A stretch of DNA of 64,000 bases from Octopus bimaculoides. Taxonomy: Eukaryota. Shown here in pieces: positions 13,316-26,039 of this stretch (positions are counted from its first letter, which is position 1; every line of letters begins with the position of its first letter). Where the stretch lies: NCBI RefSeq assembly GCF_001194135.2, contig NC_068984.1, positions 32,237,978 through 32,301,977 of the forward strand, in the 5' to 3' direction. A program made the position numbers and the translations under genes. The notes beneath the pieces were generated by a model. That model was not told the DNA's origin. It saw only the letters and a list, made by a program, of their open reading frames with translations, and searched no databases.

Positions 13316-14109
13316 AAACAATTTTTTAATAAAATTTCTAAGTAGTGTGTCAATAAATTTTGATGACATGTATGTACATTGGTAACTTTTTTTCCTTGAT
13401 CTCCTGTACACCATGAAAACCAGTGCCTTGTCTTTTAGATAAGACAAGACATGAGATAATTATTCTTGAAAATGTAAGATTAGTTCTGTCTGGAACACCT
13501 TTTGATCATAAGTTTACACAATCTGGACTGACTCTTTTTATTGCAAACAATTTCACTTTTTATACATTTGCTTTAACTTTATGTCCATGTGCAATAGCTA
13601 CAAATTACGTCCAATTATTCATTTCTCCTATTAGAAAAGGAGACAGATTTTCCTCACATCATACCATCACTAAAAAAGGATGCATTAGCTCATATATTTC
13701 TAGAAATGCAAAAAACTCAGAATGTTCGAGGTTGAATCAAGGCTGACCCTTTTTTATGTTTGCTTGGCTTGAGAAAGGCATTGTGTACATTCTCTTTGCA
13801 GGCCATTCAAGAGCAGTGCAACTAATATTCATTTCAAATTTTGGCACAAGGCCAGCAAGTTTGTAGGGGTGTTATTCTACAAACAGGGACAATTTGAACG
13901 ATCTCTGTCAAGTAACAAAAAAGCGATACTCACTTTTGCATAACTTTTAACACACATGCACACACACACGCAAACATACACAAATACACAAAACACACAC
14001 ACAGACATACACAGACACAAACACACAAACCTACACACACACACACATATGCATATGCACATGCAAACATACATACATATGTATTTAAGTATTTCTTATA
14101 TTCTTAATA

Positions 14110-14560
14110 GGTGTTTAATCTCATTCTGATATTTTGATGAAGGTGAACTATGGATCGTTTTTCAGATTTTGATAAGCATTGAGTATTGTTATGCCATTAT
14201 ATGAAAATGACCAACAATGCAAATAAAGTTGAAATACAATTTAAGGATTAAATGTAGACTGTCAGATGTGTCAGGTAAGAAACACCAAAAAGAAAAGGTG
14301 ATGCATAAAAATATTCAAGCAATTGAAGATCAAAGTGGGGAAAAGATGGTGGCAGATACAATTGTTCAATATAAAACGGTGTCAAAATATGATGCTGAAA
14401 ATCTATTTGACAACAATATACAGACGATAATATATGTGACTAGACAATGTTCAAAAGTGCATTGTTGAAATAAAAAAAAATGATGTTTCAATCAATGAAA
14501 TGGTTCTTTCTTCACTGGTATGTGTGAGACGGTAATGAAATTGGAATGGTGGAATAGGCT
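14110..14560 (-). mobile_element. heavily decayed Penelope-like reverse transcriptase relic
   Basis: With frameshifts, the minus strand gives motifs in PLE RT order: IPVK(E)TISLI, LKHHFFYFNN, YYRLYIVV (at the YIDD position), LYFNF...MLIKI*KTIHSS..KYQNEIKHLL. Recognised from memory only. Confidence 0.45.
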
Positions 14561-15081
14561 ATCAGTGAACTATTGAGTTCTTGAGACATAGAGTCTCTTT
14601 GGGACTAATGTGTTTTCTGTTAAGTCAAAAATTTCCCCACTATGTATAGTTTGTTCACTGGAAAAAAGAGCTAACAGGCTTTGATTGGAATGTTTTTTCA
14701 CCAAAAGTTAATATAAGTTGTGATTGGACAACAACAACCAATGAGATACGAAGGAAAAACCAGTCAGTGATTTGTTGAAACCGACTCCAAGCGACAAACT
14801 TCCCAACCAATCAAAATTATCTTCTCAGGTTGCTTAAAAAAACATCTTGTTAATGATATCACATGTAGTATACAGTTGCTCCACTGGCACATCATATCGT
14901 TTTTTCTTTCTAAAGACAATGAGTTATGATTTGAGAAAGGTTTGTTCATTTCAGTTGCTCAATCCTCTGTGTAGAGATTTCTTTATCAACTCACTTAAAG
15001 GTTTCAGTCGTTGGTTCACCTGTTATTAGGATATACTTAATTGCGATGATATATAAAATAAATATATATTATAAATATATG

Positions 15082-15358
15082 TATATCAATTAGAAAATGG
15101 AGGATAATATGCTGAACCCAACTACTTGCAGACAGTGTATCCTGTTGAATACACTGTCTGCAAGAAGTTGGGTTCAGCATATTATCCTCCATTTTCTAAT
15201 TGACATACAAATTTGGGGTAACCCCCATTCCTTTTACCCGCTCCCATTTATTGCACTTGGTATAACACTAGTGTAGCAATAATTGGGTACCCTCCCAGCA
15301 GTATATTGGATAGATACTATCCCTTAGTGGGTTGAACCCTCAACCCCTAACTCTCTCG
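15082..15358. mobile_element. unclassified 277 bp insertion with a 55 bp hairpin
   Basis: Flanked by a 15 bp direct repeat tattataaatatatg (15067-15081, 15359-15373). Arms 15086-15140 and 15149-15203 match at 54/55 bp. Confidence 0.75.
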
Positions 15359-15469
15359 TATTATAAATATATGAAATATGTAAGAAACATATAACTTTCA
15401 CTGTGATGTGCAATCAATTATACTGGGAAAATGTTAAAAATCATGATTATTCGCGCTTCTTTGGTTGAT

Positions 15470-15860
15470 ATTTCTAGCAGATGTAGTGACCATATAGAAA
15501 CTTCCTCCTTGGCCTGTAAGTATATGTTGCTCAAAATCTACTCAGTCAGAACAAATATTGCACCTTGAACTTACCCAAAGAACTGTGAAATCACTTGCAC
15601 ACTATCTACTTGAAATCCTTCCAAGAGATCAATTTCCATCTTTTGATTAAGGAATCTATTCCATATGAACATGATATCAAGCTTGACCCTTCAGGTTTCA
15701 TATTTACCAATGTCAAGATACTTGTGAAGAATACAAGCCAAACCCAAATTAGTTCAGGCAACAATAACATCTGTGATATGAACAAACACTTCTCTGATGT
15801 ACTAAAAGTTTTAGGACAGCTACAATGGAAATGATGGTTTATATAAGGATACAGTATTTA
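15470..15860 (+). mobile_element. possible decayed Ty3/Gypsy pol (RNase H-integrase junction) relic
   Basis: HTIYLKSFQEINFHLLIKESIPYEHDIKLDPSG weakly resembles the KPL..I..K.L....RLLIKLQPY...IKY.PG segment. Many stops. Confidence 0.3.
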
Positions 15861-16992
15861 ATACAATGTTTGCTTGTACCTAAAAAGGAACATTATTAAT
15901 TGACCAGACCTAATGTTAACATTTCTGACTCTAAAGGGATTTATTGACACAACTATTATGGACATTGAGTAGTTGAATTTCCAAACTGATTTGTGCATGC
16001 ACAGATAATTCAATACATCATTTAGTTAATCAAGAGGAAAGGACCTAAAGTTATGTTGCTTCAAATCATAAATTTTAAGTATAAGTATTTACTATATATT
16101 GTTATGCAAAGCATATCGTAGCAGATGAAAATCGTGTGTCATGGATGCCAAATTATCCATGTCAAGTGATTTAGGTCTACTGAGCCTCATCAGTGGAAAG
16201 CACTGGTCACCACATGCAAGTCAAATCTTGACAGTCATGATGTATAGAATAGCAGTATCTGAAAAGAATTTGATACTCTATACGTCACAAAAAGCCAGCA
16301 GACTTATTAAAAAGTAACTATTAGTGATGGAAGCTGTATTAACACAAAAATAAACATCTATATCTATCTATCTATATCTATCTATCTATCTATCATATGT
16401 ATGTACGTACATACATCTATACATACATACATATATTCTTTGTAGAATAGTGATTTTCGAAGCACACATAAAGTTATAAATGATGGCCTGTAAATATTGG
16501 GTTGTAAACACTTTTGTACAAGGAAATTTGAAAGCTGCTTGTGGGACTTGAGCCCACATTTCTCATTGACATATCAGTGGATATAGGCAGACTTCAAGTT
16601 TTTCTACCCAAAGGGCTTTCAACCCAATATTTACATGATACTATTGTTTATAATTTCATGTGTGCTTTGCGATCCACTATTCTAAAAGGGAATTATTTCA
16701 TAGTCTCTCAAAAGTTTACAAAAGAATTCTTACTATATGAACTACACACACATATGCATGCAATAAAGAATCTAAGAAATTCAGACTTAAGCATAATGAA
16801 CTTTTTAAGGCCATAAACAAACTTCTAAACAGAATTCATTTGACAGATAAATGCTCAAAAGATTTCAATTGTTATAAAATTGTCGTGCAGCTCGTACTTC
16901 TAAAAGCCAATATTCAACTTTTATCTTAGTTCTAGAAAAATGGAAGATCAGATTAGAATAATCTAGGTTCATATATTTTTCTGTAAATTCTT

Positions 16993-17025
<33 letters not shown>

Positions 17026-17559
17026 ATATATACTTATGTATATGTGTATGTATAAATGTATGTATGTATATTCTTTTTTCTTTTTGAGAATTTAGAAATA
17101 TTTCTCATTGCAATGTTTGGCTTTGCAAAAATGTCTTTAAAAATATGTCACAAGTAGTCATTTAGTAAATGTCATCACTATTGATTTAAGGCTTTTCATT
17201 TTATGTAGATATAGGCTGGATAGATCAACAAAAAGGCTTTTCCACTTCTCATCCTGTTAAAATAAAAATTTCTAATCTTCATGATAATTTGTATATTCTA
17301 TTTTATAGATTAAAGTAAGTCTTTGAGTTTTTTTAAGATACTCCATGAGGATTTTATGCACTTATATAGCCTAACAAATGAATTGACTGAAACTCCCATA
17401 CATATTGCACAATATCTAACTGATCTTACTTAAACCACAGACCATCTTATACTCATCATATCTTTGTTGTTCATTGAAATATTTTAAGCATTTCCGACAG
17501 ACATTCGTTAAGAAAATTTTAAATATTTACAAACTGAGGTGATGATTAAATGAAATAAA

Positions 17560-17850
17560 TTGCATGATGAGTCACCTGAGTAAAATATTTCAGAGCTCAG
17601 CTACTAAGAAATTGTGATTAGGTGTTTCAGGACAGTATTACTGGATGTATTTCTCAAGCCAAGCCAACAGAGAGGAAACCTAGGTGAAGATCAACAAGGT
17701 GGTTGGATATGCATAGTCCTAGTTTGTCAGACTCAGGAACCTAGTGAGAATGTATAATGAATATTGCTTCTGATAGGACCTTATGGAAGAGGCACCTGAA
17801 GATTCTATCCCAACAACTCCCTACTACCACCAAGAATAGAGAAAATTGTT
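17560..17850 (+). mobile_element. decayed RTE-superfamily LINE 3' end
   Basis: PR*RSTRWLD...IMNIASDRTLWKRHLK resembles the RGRP.TRWLD...A.DR..WR C-terminus. Confidence 0.5.
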
Positions 17851-18959
17851 AGATGGATAGAAATGATGAGGAATTCTCTTTTTCTGTAGTATACATTCAA
17901 ATCTACTTTTTGTAAATAAAGAGTTTAACTATTAACTTCCCAGTCGTATGTATACCTACTCTCGAACTAACATTGACACCAATTAGAGTACCATGCCAGG
18001 TTTACAGTTACTGTTTTATCCAGCATTGGAATATGAGCTCACAATGTTTCATATTGAGTAGTTCTGATAGAAACACTGTGCTGGCTCTTGACCCCCTCAG
18101 TTATTGCAAAGTTAATAATAGCATGCAGAATTAGGTGTCTGCAGTAGAAATCTGAGGTATTGATAATACGAATAGATTGCTATTATTATTATTCACTTTA
18201 TGACATGAATTGGTTTGAAACACACTGAATAATTGCTATTACACAGAAATAATTAATTAATCCTAAATATAAAACCTGAATGAACAATGATACTTATCTT
18301 TAGAAAGTGTAGCATTCACAATAATTACAAGTTAAGCAGTTAATTCATTGAGATTTAAACACTAATTTACATGAAGACCAAATGTTGCTTCTGAATATTC
18401 CTGAATTAATTACATTGATAGAAAATCTGTAAACTTCTCCAAAGTTATCCATTTCCTAAGACTGAGAAATTCATATATCAAAGAAATAACAAGTCAAGCA
18501 AAAATGTCAAATTTGCAAGCATACACACATAAACATATGAACAAAGTCACATACCTTTATGTAGAAAAATACACAACTACAATTAGTCATAATTCACTGA
18601 CACACACACTCACTTTCTCTCTACAACTCTTGCTTTTTATCGTTATCTCTCTGTCTCTCACTCTCTCTCCTCAGCCTTCTCTTCTTTAACACAACATTAT
18701 TCAAATGAGCATCATCACCACCTCTATGTTGCTTTATGTAGTGCTTAATTAATAATCAATATGAAGGGATTTATCTCCAATCTATGTTAATGAAAGCAAT
18801 ATTAAATTCCTGGAAAGGATAATTCTATATTTGTGACTGTATTTGAAATATTGCTGTAATTTAAGACGATTTAAATCATTTGGTTATGTATAGATAATGT
18901 AAAATATATAAAAACAAAGAAACAAAAAGGTTTTGTGTAATAATATATATATTTATATA

Positions 18960-19125
18960 TATGTATGTATATATATGTATATATAGATATAGATAAATTA
19001 ATATATATAAAGATGTATTAATGTATATATACATACATATATATATGTATATATATATATATATAGATATAGATAAATTAATATATATAAAGATGTATTA
19101 ATGTATATATACATACATACATATA

Positions 19126-19197
<72 letters not shown>
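18960..19197. repeat. 80 bp-period tandem duplication merging into long (TA)n
   Basis: agatatagataaattaatatatataaagatgtattaatg at about 18985 and 19065. Confidence 0.9.
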
Positions 19198-19199
<2 letters not shown>

Positions 19200-19370
19200 G
19201 GTGTGGCTGTATGGTAAGCAGATTTCTTCCAAACCACATAATTCTGGGTTCAGTCCCACTGTGTGTGAACCTTGGGCAAATGCCTTCTGTTATAGCCTGT
19301 CACTGACCAAAGCCTTGTAAGTGGATTTCGTAGAGAGAAACTGAAAGAAACCTGTTGTGTATATATATAT
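19196..19370 (+). mobile_element. OR-like SINE, 5' half
   Basis: gcaggtgtggctgtatggtaag...ccttgggcaaatgccttc...gaaactgaaagaaacctgttg. Confidence 0.8.
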
Positions 19371-22089
19371 GCATGTATGTATATGGAAAGAAGTGTATTC
19401 CCATGCATATATGTATATATGCTAAAAGACTAAACACAAAGTATCGTCCTATTCCCACAAGCCTTGAAAGGTGAAGAGGCCAATGCACTGAGATTGAAAC
19501 TGAAAAAAGAACTCTAGGCACCATGACAGAAATGGTAAAAAAACTTTTTCTTTCTCTCTGCTATTTTCTCTTCTGAGGTTGAAGGGCAATACACTGGTAT
19601 CTTGTTTGAACCTTATCACCTCCTTTAACCAGAATCACATACTTTAGTCACACAGTTTTAATCTTAATCTCCTCAGACTCATTTTAATGGAACTCTCTTT
19701 CTCTATCAAATAAGCAGCGAAAGTTTTAATTAAACCTTCATAGTATTATTCCTATTAAATTAATCATATACCTCAGTTTAGAAGGCTCCAAGAATCTTTG
19801 AGCATTTATTCACTTCAATTTAATTTGTATGAACATATATTTTCTTCAGATTTTGTTGAGTAACTCATGTACAACCTTGCATAAACCACGTCTTTGATTA
19901 AAAATGTAAGTAGGGAATTACTTTTTGAAATACTATGAATAAACTTGCTCAACTAGTAGCATGAGTATTTTTTTAAAGCCAAGAAATTGGTTAAATCCTT
20001 CTTGGTTGCAATAATGTTGTCATTTAGTTTCATGTCAATCCTCATTTAGCAAATCTATGATCAAAAGCATTTGGGTCATAAGTACTCTACATTTCATTCC
20101 AGGTACTGTATATCCTGAAACTACATTATCCAATAAGAAGCTGTCTTTATAAAAAAACAGGGAATAATTTGAGGGGGAAATTTGGCAGCTATTGCTGGCT
20201 AGTGAACTTTCTTTTTGGTGGAGCTGATGTAGGCTTGTAGTTATAATCACAGAAGATTTGTGTTTTAGAGTTGAATATTTACTGTCAAATGTAAAGTCAA
20301 ATCTCATAAGTATTGAAATATTGAGGAAAATCCCATAACTATTGAAATATTGAGGTAAAAAACTTATCCTATTTTTCATGTAACATGATTAAAACTTATT
20401 TTGCATACGTGACATTATTTAAGGTCATTTTCCTCTTTTTTAGTAGGGCTCATTAAATAAATCCATGTATGGTGCAATATTTTCACACACGTCATTAACA
20501 TTTTTATTTGGGAATTTTATTCCCTGCATAATATTTGCTTGGGCATACGCATATTTCTATGTATGCAATCTTCTTTTTGCATCACCATTAAGCTTTGAGC
20601 TTTCTTTGGGCTGAACTTTTTCTTGTTCTCTTATTTTACTGTATACATTTACCAGCAAACTTTGACAATATTTTTACAGTATGTATTCACATTCAACATT
20701 TTCCTTTGCTGTACACACATTTTTGTGTGTAAAGATGCAAACTTTATTTTATCATGCTGCACTGTCTTCTGCAAGTATATCTGCAATATCTACAGACAGC
20801 TATTTCATGGATAACATCAGATTTTACTATTTTTTTTAGAAACTTTCTGAAATCAACAGGTTGCTACCGTGTTACACTATAAGAGAGCTATCTCATGTGA
20901 CGTGTTCAAATTATAAAGATAAAACATATTTGAACACTCTTTTTTTTTTCTATTCTGGAGTCTCTCCCTAAAACATATTCACGTATTAAACTGACAAATG
21001 TATAACCTTATAAGGCTCTGTAAATAATGTAGCAGTTATTTTCCACATCAAATAGTATGGTTAAGATCTTATTATTTAGGTGACATGAAGCTGGATAGCA
21101 CATCATATTGAATACATTACGAACATAAAGATGGGGTCAAGGTACTGAATAATTTTAATAGCTTTTCAGTCAGTGGTTATGTGCTTTGTTTGCTATCAGA
21201 TATGGAATAAATAAATCTAAACAATATTCACTTTTTCCCAAATTTACTATTTTCCTAAAGATAATGAATTTCAGAAACAAATTGCTGGATAAATGCTTGA
21301 AGTATTTTGTTGCTTTTCTTTACATTCTGAGTTTAAATATTCTAAAGTTCAGCTGTGGTCTTATCCTTGTAGGTTTATAAAAGTCTCAGTCAAATGCGGG
21401 GTTGATATAATCACTTTCACTCTTCTTCAAATTTGAGGCCTTGCGCCTGTTAAAAGTATTATATGTTACTTTAATCATATCTTCTTACTTCACTTATTCC
21501 TGCTGGCTAGTTTCTTCATTCAAACTGAAAATGTTACTTTGGATAATAATACAATACATTCAGCCATTTTAACTATTATCTTGTGGATAGAATTTCCATA
21601 AGTAATTTGAAATAACTCACATATTGTAGTTATTGATTAAAACAAGTAGTCTGACATCAAGAATAGTTAAGGTAGAACATTCCTCATTTTTTCTAATGAC
21701 ACAGCACCTAAATAATATTATGGATGTTGTTTTGATTCATAGAATTTAAGCTTAACTTCAACACCCATCAGCAATATGGCATTTTCAATGCATATAACAG
21801 TTAAATATGTGTTTTAAGTTAACTAGAGATAGGTGTAAGGAATGGCTGTGTGGTTAAGGAGCTTAGTTTTTGATTGCATGGTTTCAATGACAAACCTGTG
21901 GACAGCGCCCTAGGTAAATGACTTTAACTACAGTAAGTTAATCAAAACTTTTTTGAGTGAAATTTGAACAGAAATGGCAGGGAAACCTATAATATCAATT
22001 TAGGATATTAGATATTTAATATGTTAATGATATCAAATTTTTCTCAAAAATATTTTGTTTTCTTTTTTCTATGTTAACCTTATCTTTAA

Positions 22090-22322
22090 CCCCTTAGCAT
22101 TCACATTATTGTCAAATGTAATTTTTTTTATTCAAATGTAATTTTTTTCATTCAAATGTAATGTTTTTTCACTCATGAGCATTATCTCAAAGCTTCAAGA
22201 TTACGATGATATGATTTTATAGTGTTAGAATAAAATGTAAGTGTAAGTGGCAAAACTGGTCAGTTTGGATATAAAACTGATACAATATTTGGCCAGATAT
22301 GGTTGGTTTAAATGCTTAAGGA
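22090..22322 (-). mobile_element. piggyBac-like MITE, same family as 6101-6326
   Basis: TTAA flanks (22086-89, 22323-26), termini ccccttagcatt / aatgcttaagga, internal 3x ~20 bp tcaaatgtaatttttt repeat. Confidence 0.75.
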
Positions 22323-22569
22323 TTAAGAATGGAAAATATTTAATATTTACATCACTCTACCAATCGTTTGGCTTATCTTCTATGGTGCTAATAATCCAAA
22401 AAATTAATCTAATAAACAACTTATCTCAAACATTGAGGCTGGATTTTTCTTGTCAATTTTCAATATCTTGATAATTTCCTCCAGCTATTCTGAGTAGAAA
22501 TTCTTTATTTTCTGTATTGTTAGATATCTCATTTTTCACATATACATTTGAATTTCCCTTTTACTTGTT

Positions 22570-22915
22570 TCAATGGACTCTGGCCATATTGGGGCTCTGC
22601 CTTGAACGGTTTAGTAAAATAAATCAATCTCCATACTAATTTCTTACTTAAGCCTGGTACATATTCTGTTGTCACTTTTTGCCAAACCAGTGGCAAAAAA
22701 AGGATGTAAACAAACTAACACTGAGTGTTAAGCAGTAGAGGGAGACAATCACACATACACACACACACTTTTTGTTTACTAAAACCACTCACATGGCTTT
22801 GGTCAGCTCAAGGCTTTAGTAGAAAACACTTGCTCATGGTGCCATGTGATGAAATTGAAACTAGTACCATGTAGTTCAGAAGCAAACTTTTTACCACACT
22901 GCCACACCTGCACCT
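22570..22915 (-). mobile_element. decayed OR-like SINE
   Basis: Reverse-complement head (accacactgccacacctgc), core and tail motifs. Confidence 0.75.
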
Positions 22916-23032
22916 GTGTATGTAAATTTTATTCATTAATTTTCATAATCATCTGATAACTTATTACCAAATGTTTTATGAAGTTCAAATGTAGTTTCAG
23001 ATTTCCAGCTATTGAAATATATAGAGATTTTT

Positions 23033-25196
23033 TAATAATTTAGAGAAGAACCACCATGGTGCAACTCACACGAAGAAGGAGATCAGACACCATCAAGAAA
23101 AGTGTACTATACAAAACTAGTTTAAAAAATCTAAAAAATCCAAGGGAGAATTTATAATACATAAAATCTATGAAATATTGGAGTAAGAATTAAAATCGGT
23201 TATGTTTAAGAAACGAAAGTGGGAGAAAGACTACGTGTGTTTCATGGCCACATAACAGTGGGAAATATCTGGTCGATCTACAATGAATCGAACAAGATTG
23301 ATACCACCCAATATGAGGACACTCTCCAGGTCCGGTAACTTCAAAAAACGTATCTTAAATTCAAAATGCATAAGATAAGAAAAGTATAAAAATCTGTCCG
23401 TTTAAGCAGCATTTAGTACAATGGAAATTGTCAAGGTTTTATAACAAAACGCATCAAATAATAAATATCTGTCAAATTTAAGGCATAAAACGTCAATTGG
23501 GGAGATAATATCTGTAGATAAGTAAAAGGAAACATATATAACGAAAGTGTGATTAGCCAATAAAGGGGAAAAAACGTGTAAGAATATAAGGGAAAAAAAA
23601 AGCCACATCATTTAACTTAACGAGGAAACTTGGTTGCCTGAGGTACTATCAAAAGCAAAGAAATATATACTATGTGTATCACGTGACAAAATGGTGCCCA
23701 CCACGTGATCACAAATGTCAAACTGACGTTTAGAACTAAAGCACGTGAGATATGAGACTTCATGGCGTGGAAGAAGATATTTGCTCCCATCACTTATTTC
23801 ACTATTTTTTCTACTCTTTTACAAGCAGCATAATATTGTTTTGGGATCTTTTTTAAAACGGGGGGCCACATTTTTCATTAACGAAACACTTTGAAACTTG
23901 GAACACTGGTAGAATGTGTCATATAAAACATCTTTTTCTCTTAGTCTTCTTTAAAAAAAAAGAAATCCCCAAGTTATTCCATGTTAAAGTTGTCGTATTT
24001 CTGTAATTTCAACCAATCACTTACGTCCATTCAGCCGATATACATTAAGTGCCGACTACATAAACACACGATTCTGAAACAATTCTATTGGTGTTAGGGT
24101 TAGGGTAAAACAGCAAATTTAAAAAGAAAAACGCAAAACGAAGCTATGGAAATTAAATACGCTTTACACCGCTTAATCAGCCAAAGGAGTAAATATAAAC
24201 AACTGAATACTTGTCAGTGATTGGTTGAAGTTATCGAAATAAGACAATTTTTTACATGAAATAAATTCGAATACAAAAATATTTTTCTGTCCTATAACAC
24301 AAAATAGATAAGTATACGAAGTTTGAAAGTCTTTCGGTACCAAAAACACTACGTAAAACATTAATGAAAAATGTGGCCCCCGTTTTAAAATAGATCCTTG
24401 TTTTGTTCCAGGTCTACGCACTTACCTTATCTGCATTTCTTCTGAGTTTTTCTTCCCTCTTCTCCTTCCATTCCCTGCTGTCTCGTATCTCACGTGTTTT
24501 AGTTCTAAACGTCAGTTTGACATTTGTGATTACGTGGTGGGCGCCATTTTGTCACGTGATACACATAGTATATATTTCTTTGCTTTGGATAGTACCTCAG
24601 GCAACCGATTTTCCTCGTTAAATTAAGTGATGTGGCTTTTTTCCTTATATTGTTGCACGGTTTTTTCCCCTTTACTAACTAATCACACTTTTGTTATATA
24701 TGTTTCCTTATCTACGGATATTATCGCCCCAATTGATGTTTTATGCCTTAAATTTGACAAATATTTATTGCTATTTGTTGTGTTTTATTATAAAACCTTG
24801 ACAATTTCCTTTATACTAAATGTTACTTAAACGGACAGATTTTTATACTTTTCTTATTTTATGCATTTTTAAATTCAAGATACGTTTTTTGAAGTTACCG
24901 GACCTGGAGAGTGTCCTCATATTGGGTGGCATCTATCTTGTTCGATTCATTGTAGATTGACCAGATATCTCTCACTGTTATGTGGCCATGAAACGCACAT
25001 AGTCTTTCTCCCACTTTCGTTTCTTAAACGTAGCCGATTTTAATTCTTAGTTCAATATTTCATAGATTTTATGTATTATAAATTCTCCCTTGGATTTTTA
25101 AATTTTTTAAACTAGCTTTGTATAGTACACTTTTCTTGATGGTGTCTGATCTCCTTCGAGCAAGTTGCACCATGGTGGTTCTTCTCTAAATTATTA
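23033..25196. mobile_element. foldback / MULE-like non-autonomous element with ~720 bp TIRs
   Basis: 23033-23758 is the reverse complement of 24480-25196 along its length, with scattered substitutions and indels. Confidence 0.85.
23844..24397. mobile_element. MITE with 8 bp TSD and GG termini (Merlin-like)
   Basis: TIRs ggatcttttttaaaacggggggccacatttttcattaa / ttaatgaaaaatgtggcccccgttttaaaatagatcc. Perfect TSD ttgttttg (23836-23843, 24398-24405). Confidence 0.85.
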
Positions 25197-25609
25197 GAAT
25201 ATTTTTCAATATACAACTCAATTTGATATCAAATTCTATTTCCTTGTAAGTTCGGATTTTGTAATTCCCTAACATGATAATATATATATATATATAATCC
25301 AAGAGAGTTAAGGGTTAATTCTATAAAAAATTATAGGCAATTAATACTTTAAATTTAAAATAATGTACATATGTGTATGATTATACCAAACGACCTGTCT
25401 CCAGCATACTTGAAGTACCTACACCTAAAAAAAACTACCAAAAGCGCCTGAAAAATATACACATGGCTGAAAGCGGGCTAGTGAGAGGAAATTAAAAAGA
25501 CCTCATGCTAATTGTGAATTAATTCCAGTTTCTGGATTAAAGCAAAAAACATACTTTCTTTCTTCGTCAACACAATACACATGTATTGTGTTGATAAAGG
25601 AAGAAAACA

Positions 25610-26030
25610 TTGCCAAAATGAACGAAAATCTGCTATTCATTCGTCTCAGAATGGTCAACAGAAGAGGGCCAATCATTCTTTATGACAATGTTTGACCACA
25701 CATATCAGTAATGATTCTCCAGAAGTTGAAGGAACTTGGCTATGAAGTTCTTCCCCACCCAGCTTATTCCCCAGACCTTTCTCCTAATGACTACCACTTT
25801 ATCAAGTACCTTGATGGTCTCTTGCAAGAGAAATAGTTAAAAAAATCAAACTGATACTGAAAGTGTATTCAAAGAGGTCATCAGCTCCAGAAGTTCAGAT
25901 TTTTACGTTACTGGCATAAACAAACTTGTCACGTGTTGCCAAAATTGTGTTGATTGTAATGGTACTTACTTTGATGAATAAAATTTACACATTGTTGAAA
26001 TATATTGTGATGAATTTCATTTTTTCAACA
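25610..26030 (+). mobile_element. mariner transposase 3' fragment (DD34D), pseudogenised
   Basis: GPIILYDNV*PH...LGYEVLPHPAYSPDLSPNDYHF...GINKLV..CQNCVDCNGTYFDE*; 34 residues between the last two Asp. Confidence 0.9.
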
Positions 26031-26039
26031 CATTGCTTA

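Noticed and set aside
13423-13746. 107 aa ORF in non-repetitive DNA
   Set aside because: Non-ATG start, no recognisable motif, no splice support.
15575-15655. Exon-like minus-strand segment (FLNQKMEIDLLEGFQVDSVQVISQFFG) with a GTAAGT donor
   Set aside because: Weak acceptor, and it is antisense to a probable decayed LTR-retrotransposon pol fragment.
16130-16260. Minus-strand CTGATGA...TAAA plus a catggat/atccatg hairpin
   Set aside because: No consistent helix I/III topology, and the GAAA and cleavage triplet are wrong.
20035-20379. 114 aa minus-strand ORF and an opposite-strand exon-like frame
   Set aside because: No recognisable motif; includes a 29 bp tandem duplication; donor site weak.
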